This document shows, in pieces, positions 13,584-23,880 of a stretch of 32,000 bases of DNA. The number at the start of each line of letters is the position of its first letter. Position 1 is the first letter of the stretch. Below the pieces are notes generated by a model. The model saw only the letters and a program-made list of their open reading frames with translations. It was not told where the DNA came from and made no database searches. The stretch comes from an uncultured Alphaproteobacteria bacterium (GTDB taxonomy: Bacteria; Pseudomonadota; Alphaproteobacteria; HIMB59): the NCBI GenBank assembly GCA_902610175.1, contig CACLUR010000002.1:75116-107115 (forward strand), given 5' to 3'. Position numbers and translations under genes: made by a program.

Positions 13584-13867
13584 TGGCAAGATCTGTATGG
13601 AAAGGACCTTATTTTGATGTGACACTGTTCAAAAAAGTCAAAAAGTCAAAAGAAGAAAGTTCAAAATCCCCAATTAAAACATGGTCAAGAAGATCAACTA
13701 TCATACCTGATTTTGTTGGAGTAACTATTTCCGTTTATAATGGTAAATCTTTTATACCAGTCTACGTAACTGAAGACATGGTAGGCCATAAACTTGGTGA
13801 GTTTTCACCAACTAGGGTGTTTAAGGGTCATTCAGGGGATAAGAAAGCAGTCCAGAGTAAAAAATAA
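13583..13867 (+). CDS. rpsS: 30S ribosomal protein S19
   Basis: [12 protein letters not shown]...[46 protein letters not shown]. Confidence 0.98.
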   Translation: MARSVWKGPYFDVTLFKKVKKSKEESSKSPIKTWSRRSTIIPDFVGVTISVYNGKSFIPVYVTEDMVGHKLGEFSPTRVFKGHSGDKKAVQSKK

Positions 13868-13869
13868 TT

Positions 13870-14211
13870 ATGTCTAAAGAAGTAAAAGCAATCAATAGAA
13901 TGATAAGAACTAGCTCCCAAAAGCTTAACTTAATTGTTAAAGATATAAGAAAAAAAGATATTAATGCAGCTTTAAACATTTTGAAATTTTCAAATAAAAG
14001 AGTAAGTAAAGAAGTACTAAAAACTCTAAATTCTGCTGTTGCGAATGCAGAAAATAATAACAATTTAGACATTGATAAACTTTTTGTGAAAGAAGCTTAT
14101 GTGGGCAAAAGTTTAAGAATGAAAAGATTTAGACCAATGAGTAAGGGTAGAGCTTTTCAAATTATTAAACCCTTTTCTAGGTTAACTCTAGTTTTAGAGG
14201 AGAGATTATAA
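13870..14211 (+). CDS. rplV: 50S ribosomal protein L22
   Basis: [13 protein letters not shown]...[19 protein letters not shown]...[26 protein letters not shown]. Confidence 0.97.
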   Translation: MSKEVKAINRMIRTSSQKLNLIVKDIRKKDINAALNILKFSNKRVSKEVLKTLNSAVANAENNNNLDIDKLFVKEAYVGKSLRMKRFRPMSKGRAFQIIKPFSRLTLVLEERL

Positions 14212-14876
14212 TGGGACAGAAAGTTAACCCAACCTCATTAAGAGTCGGTATTAATAAATATTGGCAATCAACATGGTTTGAAAAGAAAAGTTACTCAACT
14301 TTTTTAAAAGAAGATCATAGAATTAGAAACTATATAGAAAAGAATTATTCAATTGCAGGAATAAGTTCAGTTATAATTGAAAGAGCTGCCGCAAACCTCA
14401 AAATTATAATTCACACTTCAAAACCTGGGGTGCTTATTGGAAAAAAAGGTGCAGATATCGAAAAATTAAGGAATAAATTATCAAAATTGTCAGATAAGAG
14501 TATTTCATTAGATATAAAAGAAATAAAAAAACCTGAAACGGACGCTTCATTAGTAGCAGACTCTATTGCAAGACAACTCGAAAAGAGAGTTGCTTTTAGA
14601 AAAGCGATGAAAAAATCAGGTTTATCAGCAATTAAACTTGGTGCTAAGGGAATTAAAATTGTATGTGGTGGTAGACTGGGTGGCGCTGAAATAGCAAGAT
14701 CAGAAAAGTTTTCTGAGGGAAGTGTACCTTTACATACCCTTAGAGCTGATATAGATTACGCAACTGCTCGAGCTTTGACTACTTATGGAATTATTGGAAT
14801 TAAGGTTTGGCTTTATAAAGGCGAGAGTAAAAATACAACAAATAGATTAGATGATAAAAAAGAGAAAACCAATTAA
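14211..14876 (+). CDS. rpsC: 30S ribosomal protein S3
   Basis: [25 protein letters not shown]-domain [28 protein letters not shown]. Confidence 0.98.
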   Translation: MGQKVNPTSLRVGINKYWQSTWFEKKSYSTFLKEDHRIRNYIEKNYSIAGISSVIIERAAANLKIIIHTSKPGVLIGKKGADIEKLRNKLSKLSDKSISLDIKEIKKPETDASLVADSIARQLEKRVAFRKAMKKSGLSAIKLGAKGIKIVCGGRLGGAEIARSEKFSEGSVPLHTLRADIDYATARALTTYGIIGIKVWLYKGESKNTTNRLDDKKEKTN

Positions 14877-15289
14877 TGTTATTACCAAAGAATACAAAAT
14901 ATAGAAAACAGCACAAAGGAAGAATCCATGGCAGTGCCAAGGGTAATTATGAACTAACATTTGGTTATTATGGACTTAAATCGTTAGACGCTGAAAGAGT
15001 AACAGCAAGGCAAATTGAGGCATCCAGAAGAGCCATCACTAGATTTTTAAAAAGAGCTGGAAGACTTTGGATTAGGGTTTTCCCAGACGTACCAGTCACA
15101 GCAAAACCCGCAGAAGTTAGAATGGGTAAAGGAAAAGGCGCAATAGATAGATGGGTCTGCAGAGTAAAACCGGGAACTATAATGTTTGAGGTCGATGGTG
15201 TTGACAAGCATTTAGCAAAAAAAGCTTTTGAACTAGCATCTGCTAAATTACCTGTAAAAACAACATTCGTATCATTGGATCAATTTTAA
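14876..15289 (+). CDS. rplP: 50S ribosomal protein L16
   Basis: [23 protein letters not shown]...[33 protein letters not shown]. Confidence 0.98.
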   Translation: MLLPKNTKYRKQHKGRIHGSAKGNYELTFGYYGLKSLDAERVTARQIEASRRAITRFLKRAGRLWIRVFPDVPVTAKPAEVRMGKGKGAIDRWVCRVKPGTIMFEVDGVDKHLAKKAFELASAKLPVKTTFVSLDQF

Positions 15290-15444
15290 TGGCTGACAAA
15301 GATATAAATAGTTTAAAAAAAGAGTTATTTAACCTTAAAATTATGAAGAAAAGCGGTCAACTCACAGACACATCTCAATTTAAAAAAGTTAAAAAGCAAA
15401 TCGCATCATTATTAACAAAAGAAAGACTTAATAAAAATGCCTAA
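15289..15444 (+). CDS. rpmC: 50S ribosomal protein L29 (not in the supplied ORF track)
   Basis: Read directly from sequence: [52 protein letters not shown]29-like, between rplP and rpsQ; the A of its ATG is the last base of the rplP stop. Confidence 0.93.
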   Translation: MADKDINSLKKELFNLKIMKKSGQLTDTSQFKKVKKQIASLLTKERLNKNA

Positions 15445-15664
15445 ACGTATTCTAACTGGAAAAGTTGTAAAAAAATCTGGCGACAAAACTATATCTGTTT
15501 TGGTAACGAGACAGACTACCCATCCTGTTTACAAAAAAATAATAAGAGTCTCAAAAAAGTACCTTGCTCATGACAGTGACAACAAAATTATTGTGGGAGA
15601 CTCTGTAAGAATTCAAGAAACTAGACCTATTTCTAAAAATAAATCATGGGAAGTTATAAAATAA
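15437..15664 (+). CDS. rpsQ: 30S ribosomal protein S17
   Basis: [46 protein letters not shown]...[21 protein letters not shown]. Confidence 0.97.
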   Translation: MPKRILTGKVVKKSGDKTISVLVTRQTTHPVYKKIIRVSKKYLAHDSDNKIIVGDSVRIQETRPISKNKSWEVIK

Positions 15665-16032
15665 TGATACAAGCAGAGTCAAATTTACAAGTAGCAGATA
15701 ATTCTGGAGCACGACTAATAAGCTGTATAAAAGTTATCGGTGGATCAAAAAGAAGATACGCAAGAATAGGAGATATTATTGTTGTCTCAGTCAAAGATGC
15801 TATTCCAAGATCAAAAGTGAAAAAAGGTGAAGTACAAAGAGCAATTATAGTAAGAACAAAAAAGCCATTAATTAGGGATGACGGTACATCAATTAAATTT
15901 GACTCTAATGCAGCTGTTCTTTTAGACAAACAAAATGAACCAATAGGAACAAGAATTTTTGGACCTGTTACAAGAGAGCTTAGAAAAAGAAATATGATGA
16001 AAATAGTTAGTTTAGCTCCTGAGGTATTATAA
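15664..16032 (+). CDS. rplN: 50S ribosomal protein L14
   Basis: [24 protein letters not shown]...[13 protein letters not shown]. Start moved from 15646 to the ATG at 15664. Confidence 0.98.
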   Translation: MIQAESNLQVADNSGARLISCIKVIGGSKRRYARIGDIIVVSVKDAIPRSKVKKGEVQRAIIVRTKKPLIRDDGTSIKFDSNAAVLLDKQNEPIGTRIFGPVTRELRKRNMMKIVSLAPEVL

Positions 16033-16340
16033 TGATTAAAAAATATAAAAAAGGTGATGAAGTGATTGTTAGAGTCGGTAAAGATAAAGGTAAGATTGGA
16101 AAGATTTCAAAAATCATAAACTCTTCTGATAAAGTTGTGATATCTGGTGTTAACGTAAGTAAAAAACATCAAAAGCCATCTCAAGAGTCTAAAGGTGGTA
16201 TAGTTGACAAAGAGATGCCAATTCATATTTCAAATATTTTGGCTTATGACTCGAAATCAAAAAAATCTTCTAAAGTAGGTTTCAAAATTGAAAGTGGAAA
16301 AAAAATAAGAATTTTAAAATTATCAGGAGACAAATACTAA
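16032..16340 (+). CDS. rplX: 50S ribosomal protein L24
   Basis: KYKKGDEVIVRVGKDKGKIGKISKI...GVNVSKKHQKPSQESKGGIVDKEMPIHISNI. Confidence 0.97.
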   Translation: MIKKYKKGDEVIVRVGKDKGKIGKISKIINSSDKVVISGVNVSKKHQKPSQESKGGIVDKEMPIHISNILAYDSKSKKSSKVGFKIESGKKIRILKLSGDKY

Positions 16341-16876
16341 TGTCAAATTCAGTTCAAGAACTTTTCAATGTCTCTGATCAGTTAGCCAAAAATTTAGAAA
16401 TATCTCATAAACTTGCTGTTCCAAAAATATCAAAAATAGTAATCAACGCGGGTATTGGAGCTATTAAAGAGGATAACAAAGCTATTGAAAAAATAAAAAA
16501 AGATTTATCTCTTATAACTGGTCAATCACCAGTTGTTAGAATGTCAAAAAAAGCTATTGCCTCCTTTAAAGTTAGAAAAGGAATGCCAGTAGGACTTTCT
16601 GTTACCCTCAGAAAAAATATGATGATGGAGTTTTACGATAGACTTGTAAATATTGCCATGCCTCGTATTAAAGACTTCAGAGGTTATAACAGAAAGTCAT
16701 TTGATGGCCAAGGTAACATTACCATAGGTATTAAAGATCATATTATTTTTCCGGAAATTAGCGTTGAAAATGTTGAAAATATCTTTGGTTTTGATATCAC
16801 TATTGCCACTTCTGCAAATAATGACAAAGAGGGATATGAACTTTTAAAATTAATGAACTTTCCATTTCTGAATTAA
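16340..16876 (+). CDS. rplE: 50S ribosomal protein L5
   Basis: KIVINAGIG...[34 protein letters not shown]...[18 protein letters not shown]. Confidence 0.98.
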   Translation: MSNSVQELFNVSDQLAKNLEISHKLAVPKISKIVINAGIGAIKEDNKAIEKIKKDLSLITGQSPVVRMSKKAIASFKVRKGMPVGLSVTLRKNMMMEFYDRLVNIAMPRIKDFRGYNRKSFDGQGNITIGIKDHIIFPEISVENVENIFGFDITIATSANNDKEGYELLKLMNFPFLN

Positions 16877-16878
16877 CC

Positions 16879-17184
16879 ATGGCAAAACAAAGCGCAATAC
16901 AAAAAAATATAAATAGAAAAGCACTGATTGATAGACTCAGCGAAAAAAGAAAAAAATTAAAAAGTCTCTTATCTAATAAAGATCTACCATTTGAAGAAAG
17001 AGTAAAGATACAAATGAAACTTGAGTCCTTACCTAGAAATTCATCAAGAATAAGATACCGAAACAGATGTTTCCTATCTGGTAGGCCTCGTGGTGTTTAT
17101 AGTAAATTTAATTTATCTAGGATTGCTATCAGAGACATGGCTGGTAAAGGTCAAATACCAGGTTTAACGAAAGCGAGTTGGTAG
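16879..17184 (+). CDS. rpsN: 30S ribosomal protein S14 (long, zinc-independent form)
   Basis: [10 protein letters not shown]...[51 protein letters not shown]. Confidence 0.98.
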   Translation: MAKQSAIQKNINRKALIDRLSEKRKKLKSLLSNKDLPFEERVKIQMKLESLPRNSSRIRYRNRCFLSGRPRGVYSKFNLSRIAIRDMAGKGQIPGLTKASW

Positions 17185-17185
17185 T

Positions 17186-17572
17186 ATGAGTGACACACTA
17201 GCAGATATGATTACAAGAATAAGAAATGGCCAAAAAGCTAATAAAGTCACAGTCAAAGCGATATTTTCAAAATTAAATGTTAATGTTTGCGATGTGCTAA
17301 AAAAAGAGGGATATATTGACAATTTTGAAATTTTAGGTGAAACAAAGAAAGATATTTCAATTACACTTAAATATCACAAAGGCTCACCGTTAATTAACAA
17401 AATCGAAAAGATTACAAAACAAGGATGTAGAGTATATAATTCTGTAAATGAAATTCCTAAGACTATCGGAGGTCTAGGTACTACAATTTTATCAACCTCA
17501 AAGGGCGTAATGTCTGACTCCGATGCAAGGGAAAAAAAAGTAGGAGGGGAAGTGCTAATAAGCGTTTTCTAA
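17186..17572 (+). CDS. rpsH: 30S ribosomal protein S8
   Basis: MSDTLADMITRIRNGQ...ILSTSKGVMSDSDAREKKVGGEVLISVF. Confidence 0.98.
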   Translation: MSDTLADMITRIRNGQKANKVTVKAIFSKLNVNVCDVLKKEGYIDNFEILGETKKDISITLKYHKGSPLINKIEKITKQGCRVYNSVNEIPKTIGGLGTTILSTSKGVMSDSDAREKKVGGEVLISVF

Positions 17573-17575
17573 AAT

Positions 17576-18091
17576 ATGTCAAGATTAGCAAGAAACCCTA
17601 TTAATATTCCTGAAGATATAAAAGTTTCCTTGAACGATAACGAAATTAATTTTGAGGGTAAGTTAGGAAAATCATCAACTGTTCTTCCTGTTGGAATTAA
17701 GGTTGATCATAAAGATAATCTTTTACATTTCTCTGGAGATAATAAAGCACTTCTTGGAACTATTTACGCAAATATTAAAAATGAAATTATTGGTAATTCA
17801 AAAGGATTTGAAAAAAGACTTGAACTAATCGGAACTGGGTACAAAGCTAATGTTTCTGGGAAAAAGCTTGTCTTATCACTTGGTTTTAGCCACGATATCA
17901 ACTTTGAAATTCCTGAGGGTATTTCTATAAAAGTTGAAAAAAATATTGTGGTAGTTACTGGAACAAGTAAACAATTAGTCGGTCAAGTTGCAGCTGAAAT
18001 CAAGTCATTTAGAAAGCCAGAGCCTTATAAAGGTAAGGGTGTTCGATATGAAGGTGAAAGAATTTACAGAAAAGAAGGTAAGAAAAAATAA
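17576..18091 (+). CDS. rplF: 50S ribosomal protein L6
   Basis: MSRLARNPINIP...LIGTGYKANVSGKKLVLSLGFSH...PEPYKGKGVRYEGERIYRKEGKKK. Confidence 0.98.
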   Translation: MSRLARNPINIPEDIKVSLNDNEINFEGKLGKSSTVLPVGIKVDHKDNLLHFSGDNKALLGTIYANIKNEIIGNSKGFEKRLELIGTGYKANVSGKKLVLSLGFSHDINFEIPEGISIKVEKNIVVVTGTSKQLVGQVAAEIKSFRKPEPYKGKGVRYEGERIYRKEGKKK

Positions 18092-18438
18092 TGAATAAAG
18101 ATAAAACTAGAGCTATTCGTAGAAAATTAAGAGTTAGAAAAAAATTGAATAATATAAAAAAACATAAACTCTTAGTTTTTAGATCTTCTAAACATATTTA
18201 TGCTTCAGTATTATCTGAGAGTAATGATAGAACATTATGCTCATTTTCATCAATTAAATTAGAAAAAGCTGAGGGACAAAAAAAAGTTGACGTAGCTAAA
18301 ATCGTTGGCTCAAAAATTGCCGAACTAGCTATAGAAAATGGCATTAAAGAAGTAAAATTTGATAAAGGGTCATATAAGTATCATGGAAGGCTTAAAGTAT
18401 TAGCTGATGCAGCAAGAGAAAAGGGTTTATCGTTTTAA
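18091..18438 (+). CDS. rplR: 50S ribosomal protein L18
   Basis: [10 protein letters not shown]...[17 protein letters not shown]...[32 protein letters not shown]. Confidence 0.97.
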   Translation: MNKDKTRAIRRKLRVRKKLNNIKKHKLLVFRSSKHIYASVLSESNDRTLCSFSSIKLEKAEGQKKVDVAKIVGSKIAELAIENGIKEVKFDKGSYKYHGRLKVLADAAREKGLSF

Positions 18439-18950
18439 TGTTAGAAAACAATTCAAATAAAGAATTAATAGAAAAGCTTATTTCAGTTAGAAGAGTTTCT
18501 AAAGTTGTCAAAGGTGGAAGAAGATTTGGATTTGCCGCTCTTGTCGTAAGTGGTGATGGGCAAGGTAGAGTTGGTTTTGGATCAGGAAAAGCTAAAGAAG
18601 TACCGGAAGCAATCAGGAAAGCATCTGAAGAAGCTAAGAAAACTATGGTTAGAATTCCTTTAAGAGAGGGTAGAACTATTCACCATGATGTAAAAGCCAA
18701 ATTTTCTTCAAGCACAGTAATTTTAAGATCTGCTCCAAAAGGAACAGGTATAATATCAGGTGGTCCATCTAGAGCTATTTTTGAGGCATTGGGTATTTCG
18801 GATGTTGTATCTAAAGCTATTGGAACAAAAAATCCACACAATATTGTTCGATCAACAATTAAAGCTTTAAAAAGTATTAATACACCAAAATCAGTGTCTG
18901 CCAGAAGAGGCATAGAGATAAATTCTGTGATTAGTAAAAGAGAAAATTAA
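18438..18950 (+). CDS. rpsE: 30S ribosomal protein S5
   Basis: [49 protein letters not shown]...[37 protein letters not shown]. Confidence 0.98.
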   Translation: MLENNSNKELIEKLISVRRVSKVVKGGRRFGFAALVVSGDGQGRVGFGSGKAKEVPEAIRKASEEAKKTMVRIPLREGRTIHHDVKAKFSSSTVILRSAPKGTGIISGGPSRAIFEALGISDVVSKAIGTKNPHNIVRSTIKALKSINTPKSVSARRGIEINSVISKREN

Positions 18951-18952
18951 GA

Positions 18953-19387
18953 ATGATAAATCAAATTTCAAAACAACGCCAAACAAATAGAAAAAGAAAA
19001 GGTAAAGGTATCGGCTCTGGATTAGGGAAAACTGCTGGTAGGGGCCATAAAGGGCAAAAATCCAGGTCAGGTGTTGCAGTTAGAAATTTTGAGGGTGGTC
19101 AAATGCCTATATATAGAAAAACCCCAAAAAGAGGTTTTAATTCACTAAAAAAAATAAATCCTAAATCTTTAACTTTGTCTTTAGTAAGTTTTAATAAGTT
19201 TAAAGAAAATTCTTTAATAGATAATAATTTTTTAATTCAAGAGGGTTTCTTAAAAAAGAAAGATCATAAAAAATTAATTAAACTAATTGACTCAATTCAG
19301 TTTAAAAAGAAACTTCAATTTAAGAATTTTAAGGTTACTGCTGGTGCAAAAAAAAGAATTGAAGAACTAGGTGGATCCACATCATAA
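18953..19387 (+). CDS. rplO: 50S ribosomal protein L15
   Basis: [46 protein letters not shown]. Confidence 0.97.
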   Translation: MINQISKQRQTNRKRKGKGIGSGLGKTAGRGHKGQKSRSGVAVRNFEGGQMPIYRKTPKRGFNSLKKINPKSLTLSLVSFNKFKENSLIDNNFLIQEGFLKKKDHKKLIKLIDSIQFKKKLQFKNFKVTAGAKKRIEELGGSTS

Positions 19388-19396
19388 TTTTAGATT

Positions 19397-20725
19397 ATGA
19401 ATATAAAAGTACCAAATATTGACTATAGCGAAGCAATAAAAAGCTCAGGTTTATTTAAAAAATTAGGTTTTGTTTTATTTGCAATAGCTGTTTATCGTCT
19501 TGGAACATATATTCCAGTCCCTGGTATAAATTCTGCTGTTTTAGAACAAATATTTGAACAACATCGTGGGGGAATTTTAGGAATATTCGATATGTTTTCT
19601 GGTGGAGCTTTAATGCGTATGTCTATATTCACATTAGGGGTCATGCCATATATTTCAGCATCTATTATAATGACACTAATGCAATCATCATTTGATAGTC
19701 TAAAAGCACTTAAAGAACAGGGGACTCAAGGTAGAAAAAAAATCCAACAATACACAAGATATTTAACAATAGTTTTAGGACTTTTCCAAAGTTATGGTAT
19801 TTCAAATGGTATATTAAATTTATCTGATACAGTTGATCCAACCTTAGGTAGTGTAGCTTTTTTTCAAATTTCTGCAGTTATAACAATGACATCTGGAACT
19901 ATCTTTTTAATGTGGTTGGGTGAACAGATAACCGAAAACGGTTTTGGAAGTGGAATTTCAATTATAATCTTTTCAGGAATCGTAGCTAATCTGCCATTTG
20001 CTATTTTCAACACATTCGAACTTGGAAGAACAGGTGCACTTTCAGCTATTGCAATTATATCAATCATTTTTTTACTTCTTATACTTATAGTAATCATTGT
20101 TTTTATTGAGAGAGCTCAAAGAAGATTATTAGTTCAATATCCAAAACGCCAAGTAGGAAATAAAGTATTTGGAGGTCAATCCTCTTATCTTCCAATAAAA
20201 ATTAATATATCAGGAGTTATCCCTGCTATTTTTGCGTCATCCCTTTTATTATTTCCAAACACTATATCTAATTTTTCACCTGAAAGTTCAGGCTTCTTAT
20301 CTAGTTTAGGATTTTACTTATCTCATGGAAAACCATTATACATGGCCTTTTTCTTTGGCCTAATTGTTTTCTTTGCATTTTTTTATACTAGCATTGTTTT
20401 TAACCCTAAAGAACAAGCAGAAAATTTAAGAAACAATGGAGGTTTTGTTTTAGGTTACAGACCAGGTGAGCAAACAGCTACTTACTTAGAACACGTTATT
20501 TATCGTTTAACATTTGTAGGTGCAATTTATTTAGGCTTAATTGCTTTAATTCCTGAATTCTTAATTGCTAGACTATCAGTCCCTTTTTATTTAGGAGGAA
20601 CAAGTCTTTTGATAGTTGTGATTGTGGCAATGGATTTCTTTTCGCAGATTCAAACACAATTATTTTCTTCTCAATATGAAAAATTATTAAGTAAAAATAA
20701 AATCTATAAAAGTAAATGGTTATAG
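19397..20725 (+). CDS. secY: Preprotein translocase subunit SecY
   Basis: IPVPGINSAVLEQIFEQHRGGILGIFDMFSGGALMRMSIFTLGVMPYISASIIM, LLVQYPKR, RPGEQTATYLEHVIYRLTFVGA; many transmembrane stretches. Confidence 0.98.
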   Translation: MNIKVPNIDYSEAIKSSGLFKKLGFVLFAIAVYRLGTYIPVPGINSAVLEQIFEQHRGGILGIFDMFSGGALMRMSIFTLGVMPYISASIIMTLMQSSFDSLKALKEQGTQGRKKIQQYTRYLTIVLGLFQSYGISNGILNLSDTVDPTLGSVAFFQISAVITMTSGTIFLMWLGEQITENGFGSGISIIIFSGIVANLPFAIFNTFELGRTGALSAIAIISIIFLLLILIVIIVFIERAQRRLLVQYPKRQVGNKVFGGQSSYLPIKINISGVIPAIFASSLLLFPNTISNFSPESSGFLSSLGFYLSHGKPLYMAFFFGLIVFFAFFYTSIVFNPKEQAENLRNNGGFVLGYRPGEQTATYLEHVIYRLTFVGAIYLGLIALIPEFLIARLSVPFYLGGTSLLIVVIVAMDFFSQIQTQLFSSQYEKLLSKNKIYKSKWL

Positions 20726-21270
20726 TATTTATTGGCCCTCCTGGTTGTGGTAAGGGTACACAAGCAAACATCTTAAAAGAAACTATTTTACCTGATCTAA
20801 ATATTTTAACTGTTAGTGCACTCTTGAAAGAGAAATCTCAAGATGAGAGTATATTAGGAAAAGAGATTAAAAATAAAATGGATAGTGGTGATTTAATTGA
20901 GGATACAGTTGTGATTTCAGTACTTAAAGAAAAAGTTAATACTTTGTCAAAAGAACAAATTTTAATAGATGGTTTTCCAAGAAGTTCAATTCAAGCTGAC
21001 TCACTTCTTGAAATATTTGGACAAACACACTTAAGTATCATCAATTTTGAGGTTGACGATGAACAACTTCTTCAAAGGATAAAAAAAAGGTCTATGGAAG
21101 AGTCTAGGGCAGATGATAGTTTCTTTGAAAAGAGACTGCTAATTTATAAAAAATCTCACCTAGAAATATTAAATTCACTTAAAAAAAATTACCTAGTTAT
21201 TGATATTCAAGCTAACGATGAAATTAGTGCTGTATCTACTAAAATCGTTGATAAACTTGGATTAAATTAA
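20716..21270 (+). CDS. adk: Adenylate kinase (short form lacking an extended LID insert)
   Basis: P-loop MVIVFIGPPGCGKGTQAN, LIDGFPRSSIQ, SRADDS; 184 aa; start overlaps the end of secY. Confidence 0.95.
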   Translation: MVIVFIGPPGCGKGTQANILKETILPDLNILTVSALLKEKSQDESILGKEIKNKMDSGDLIEDTVVISVLKEKVNTLSKEQILIDGFPRSSIQADSLLEIFGQTHLSIINFEVDDEQLLQRIKKRSMEESRADDSFFEKRLLIYKKSHLEILNSLKKNYLVIDIQANDEISAVSTKIVDKLGLN

Positions 21271-21282
21271 GGTTATTTATAT

Positions 21283-21310
21283 TGACTTTTAAATACTTTT
21301 TTAATAATTT
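21283..21310 (+). promoter_or_regulatory. Candidate promoter for rpsM-rpsK-rpoA-rplQ: TTGACT - 16 nt - TAATTT
   Basis: TTGACT at 21283-21288 and a weak -10-like TAATTT at 21305-21310, in the 61-nt adk-rpsM gap. A Shine-Dalgarno AGGAG follows at 21320-21324. Confidence 0.35.
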
Positions 21311-21331
21311 CACCCATTCAGGAGATCTCAA

Positions 21332-21709
21332 TTGGCAAGAATAGCAGGCGTAAACTTACCTTTAAATAAAAGAGCATTAGTCTCTCTGACCTATATTCAT
21401 GGGATAGGCCCTAAGTATGCTATGGATATTTTAAAAGCAAATAGCTTAGATCCAACAAAGAGAATTAAAGATTTTTCTGAGGGTGAGATCTCAAAAATTA
21501 GAAAATCAATTGATGAAAATTATACAGTTGAGGGTGATCTTAGAAGAGTAGTATCTCAAAATATTAAAAGATTAAAAGATTTAGGTTGCTATCGTGGTTT
21601 AAGACATAGAAAACAATTACCAACTAGAGGTCAAAGAACACATACAAACGCAAGAACAAGAAAAGGTAAAGCTGTAGCTATAGCTGGAAAGAAAAAAGTA
21701 ACTAAATAA
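21332..21709 (+). CDS. rpsM: 30S ribosomal protein S13 (TTG start)
   Basis: [29 protein letters not shown]...[27 protein letters not shown] start 7 nt after AGGAG. Confidence 0.98.
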   Translation: MARIAGVNLPLNKRALVSLTYIHGIGPKYAMDILKANSLDPTKRIKDFSEGEISKIRKSIDENYTVEGDLRRVVSQNIKRLKDLGCYRGLRHRKQLPTRGQRTHTNARTRKGKAVAIAGKKKVTK

Positions 21710-21710
21710 A

Positions 21711-22109
21711 ATGCCAAGCAACGAAAAAAAGAACTCTGATAAAAAAAAATCCAAAAAAAACTTTGGTCAAAATGGTGTTGTTCATATCAAAAGTTCTTTT
21801 AATAATACCATCGTAACAATTTCTGATGTAAGTGGAAATGCAGTATCTTGGTCCTCAAGTGGATCTATGGGTTTTAGGGGTTCAAAAAAATCTACTCCCT
21901 ACGCTGCTCAGATTGCTACAGATGCTGCTGGAAAAAAAGCATATGATGTTGGATTAAGAAAACTTGATGTTCTAATGAAAGGTCCAGGATCTGGCAGAGA
22001 GTCTGCCTTGAGAGCTTTACAAAACATAGGTTTTATTATTAACAATATTAAAGATGTCACACCGCTTCCCCACAATGGATGCAGACCAAAAAAGAAACGA
22101 AGAGTATAA
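21711..22109 (+). CDS. rpsK: 30S ribosomal protein S11
   Basis: [46 protein letters not shown]...[18 protein letters not shown]. Confidence 0.98.
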   Translation: MPSNEKKNSDKKKSKKNFGQNGVVHIKSSFNNTIVTISDVSGNAVSWSSSGSMGFRGSKKSTPYAAQIATDAAGKKAYDVGLRKLDVLMKGPGSGRESALRALQNIGFIINNIKDVTPLPHNGCRPKKKRRV

Positions 22110-22132
22110 ACTAATTTTAATAGGAGTAAAAA

Positions 22133-23161
22133 TTGATAGAGAATAACTGGATTACATTGGTTAAACCAAACAAAGTTGATTATAAAATCAGTGATAATAA
22201 AAAATTTGGCACTGTTGTTATTGAACCTCTGGAAAAGGGTTTTGGAACTACATTAGGTAACGCCCTCAGAAGGGTACTTTTGTCATCATTACAGGGTACA
22301 GCTATATCCTCTATTAAAATTAACGGTGTTTTACATGAATTTTCAACAATTGAGGGTGTCAGAGAAGATGTAACAGATATAATTATGAATCTAAAGAATG
22401 TAACTTTTAACTCAAAAAGCAATCATTCCCAAAAGTTAAGTTTAAATGTAAAAGGCCCAAAAGAGGTGCTTTCATCTGATTTTGACGAAAATCCTGAAGT
22501 AGAAATAGTTGATAAAGAGTCTGTTATTATGAATGTTGACTCTAATAGAGAAGTTAATTTAGAAATATTTTTAGATGTCAACAAAGGCTACATATCGGCT
22601 GAAAAAAATAAAGATAATGAAAACAAAAGCGTTGGGCAGATAATGCTTGATGCTACTTATAGTCCAGTTAAAAGAGTTTCTTTTAATGTAGAAAATTCGC
22701 GAATCGGTCAAGATACTGAGTTTGACAAGCTTATTATAGATATTGAAACTAATGGAACAGTATCTCCAGACGATGCAGCCGCATTAGCTGCAAGAATATT
22801 ACAAGACCAGCTTAAACCCTTTATTAATTTTGAAGAGCCTACTGAAGATGAGAGAAAAAAATTACAATCTTCAAACGAACCACAATTCAATAAAAATTTA
22901 CTAAAAAAAGTAGATGAACTTGAATTGTCAGTTAGGTCAGCTAATTGTTTGAAAAATGATAATATTTTTTACATTGGTGATTTAGTTCAAAAAACTGAAG
23001 GAGAAATGCTAAGAACACCTAATTTTGGTAGAAAATCACTTGATGAGATAAAAGAAGTTTTATCTTCAATGAGCCTTTCTATGGGAATGGATTTACCTGG
23101 CTGGCCACCAGAAAATATAGAAGAATTATCAAAAAAATATGAAGATCCATTTAAAGTATAA
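22133..23161 (+). CDS. rpoA: DNA-directed RNA polymerase subunit alpha
   Basis: [53 protein letters not shown]; C-terminal [28 protein letters not shown]-type CTD. Confidence 0.98.
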   Translation: MIENNWITLVKPNKVDYKISDNKKFGTVVIEPLEKGFGTTLGNALRRVLLSSLQGTAISSIKINGVLHEFSTIEGVREDVTDIIMNLKNVTFNSKSNHSQKLSLNVKGPKEVLSSDFDENPEVEIVDKESVIMNVDSNREVNLEIFLDVNKGYISAEKNKDNENKSVGQIMLDATYSPVKRVSFNVENSRIGQDTEFDKLIIDIETNGTVSPDDAAALAARILQDQLKPFINFEEPTEDERKKLQSSNEPQFNKNLLKKVDELELSVRSANCLKNDNIFYIGDLVQKTEGEMLRTPNFGRKSLDEIKEVLSSMSLSMGMDLPGWPPENIEELSKKYEDPFKV

Positions 23162-23517
23162 TGAAACACCGACAAAAACAAAGAAAGTTAAATAGAACAT
23201 CTTCTCATAGATTAGCTTTATTAAAAAATCTCTCTATCAGTCTCATTAAACACGAGACAATAACAACAACTACTGAAAAAGCAAAAGAGCTAAGACCTTT
23301 TATTGAGAAATTGGTAACTAAAGCTAAGAATGATAATTTAAGTAATAGAAAATACATTTTGGCCAAGCTTTTTAACAATAAAGAAGCTTGTCAAAAACTT
23401 TTTTCTGAAATTTCTAAAGATCAAAAAAGTAGAAATGGTGGTTATACTCGTATAATAAAAAAAGGCAATAGGTTTGGCGATTTTGCTCATACAAGTATCA
23501 TTCAGTTCGTAAAATAA
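23161..23517 (+). CDS. rplQ: 50S ribosomal protein L17
   Basis: [56 protein letters not shown]. Confidence 0.98.
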   Translation: MKHRQKQRKLNRTSSHRLALLKNLSISLIKHETITTTTEKAKELRPFIEKLVTKAKNDNLSNRKYILAKLFNNKEACQKLFSEISKDQKSRNGGYTRIIKKGNRFGDFAHTSIIQFVK

Positions 23518-23523
23518 TATTCA

Positions 23524-23880
23524 ATGTCATCTTATATAGCGCTCGTAATAGGTGCTATATTAGGTTCTAGCTTTCGTTACTTCTTTACTCTCTTGAATTT
23601 CACTATTTTAGGACTACCCTCAGCGACTATATTAGTTAATATTATTGGATCCTCTATGGCAGGTTATTTTTTAAATAAATTTAATGGTGCACTATATATT
23701 TTTATTTATATTGGTTTTTTTGGAAGTTTTACTACTCTTTCTTCCTTCAACATGGAATTATTTTCATTAGTTTCGGATAAATCTTTTATCAAAGCATTAA
23801 TATATTTTTCTCTTAACATTTTTATATCTTTTATTTTCTTTTATTTATTTCACGTGATTAGTCTTAAATTTGCAAATTAA
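23524..23880 (+). CDS. crcB: CrcB-family fluoride ion transporter
   Basis: 118 aa with four hydrophobic segments, GSSFRYF, LVNIIGSSMAGYF and GFFGSFTTLSSF, matching CrcB/Fluc motifs. Confidence 0.9.
   Translation: MSSYIALVIGAILGSSFRYFFTLLNFTILGLPSATILVNIIGSSMAGYFLNKFNGALYIFIYIGFFGSFTTLSSFNMELFSLVSDKSFIKALIYFSLNIFISFIFFYLFHVISLKFAN

Noticed and set aside
7791-23181. Reverse-strand ORFs inside fusA, rpsJ, rplC, rplB, rplV, rplP, rplN, rpsE, secY and rpoA
   Set aside because: All sit opposite unambiguous conserved genes and have low-complexity or non-family sequences.
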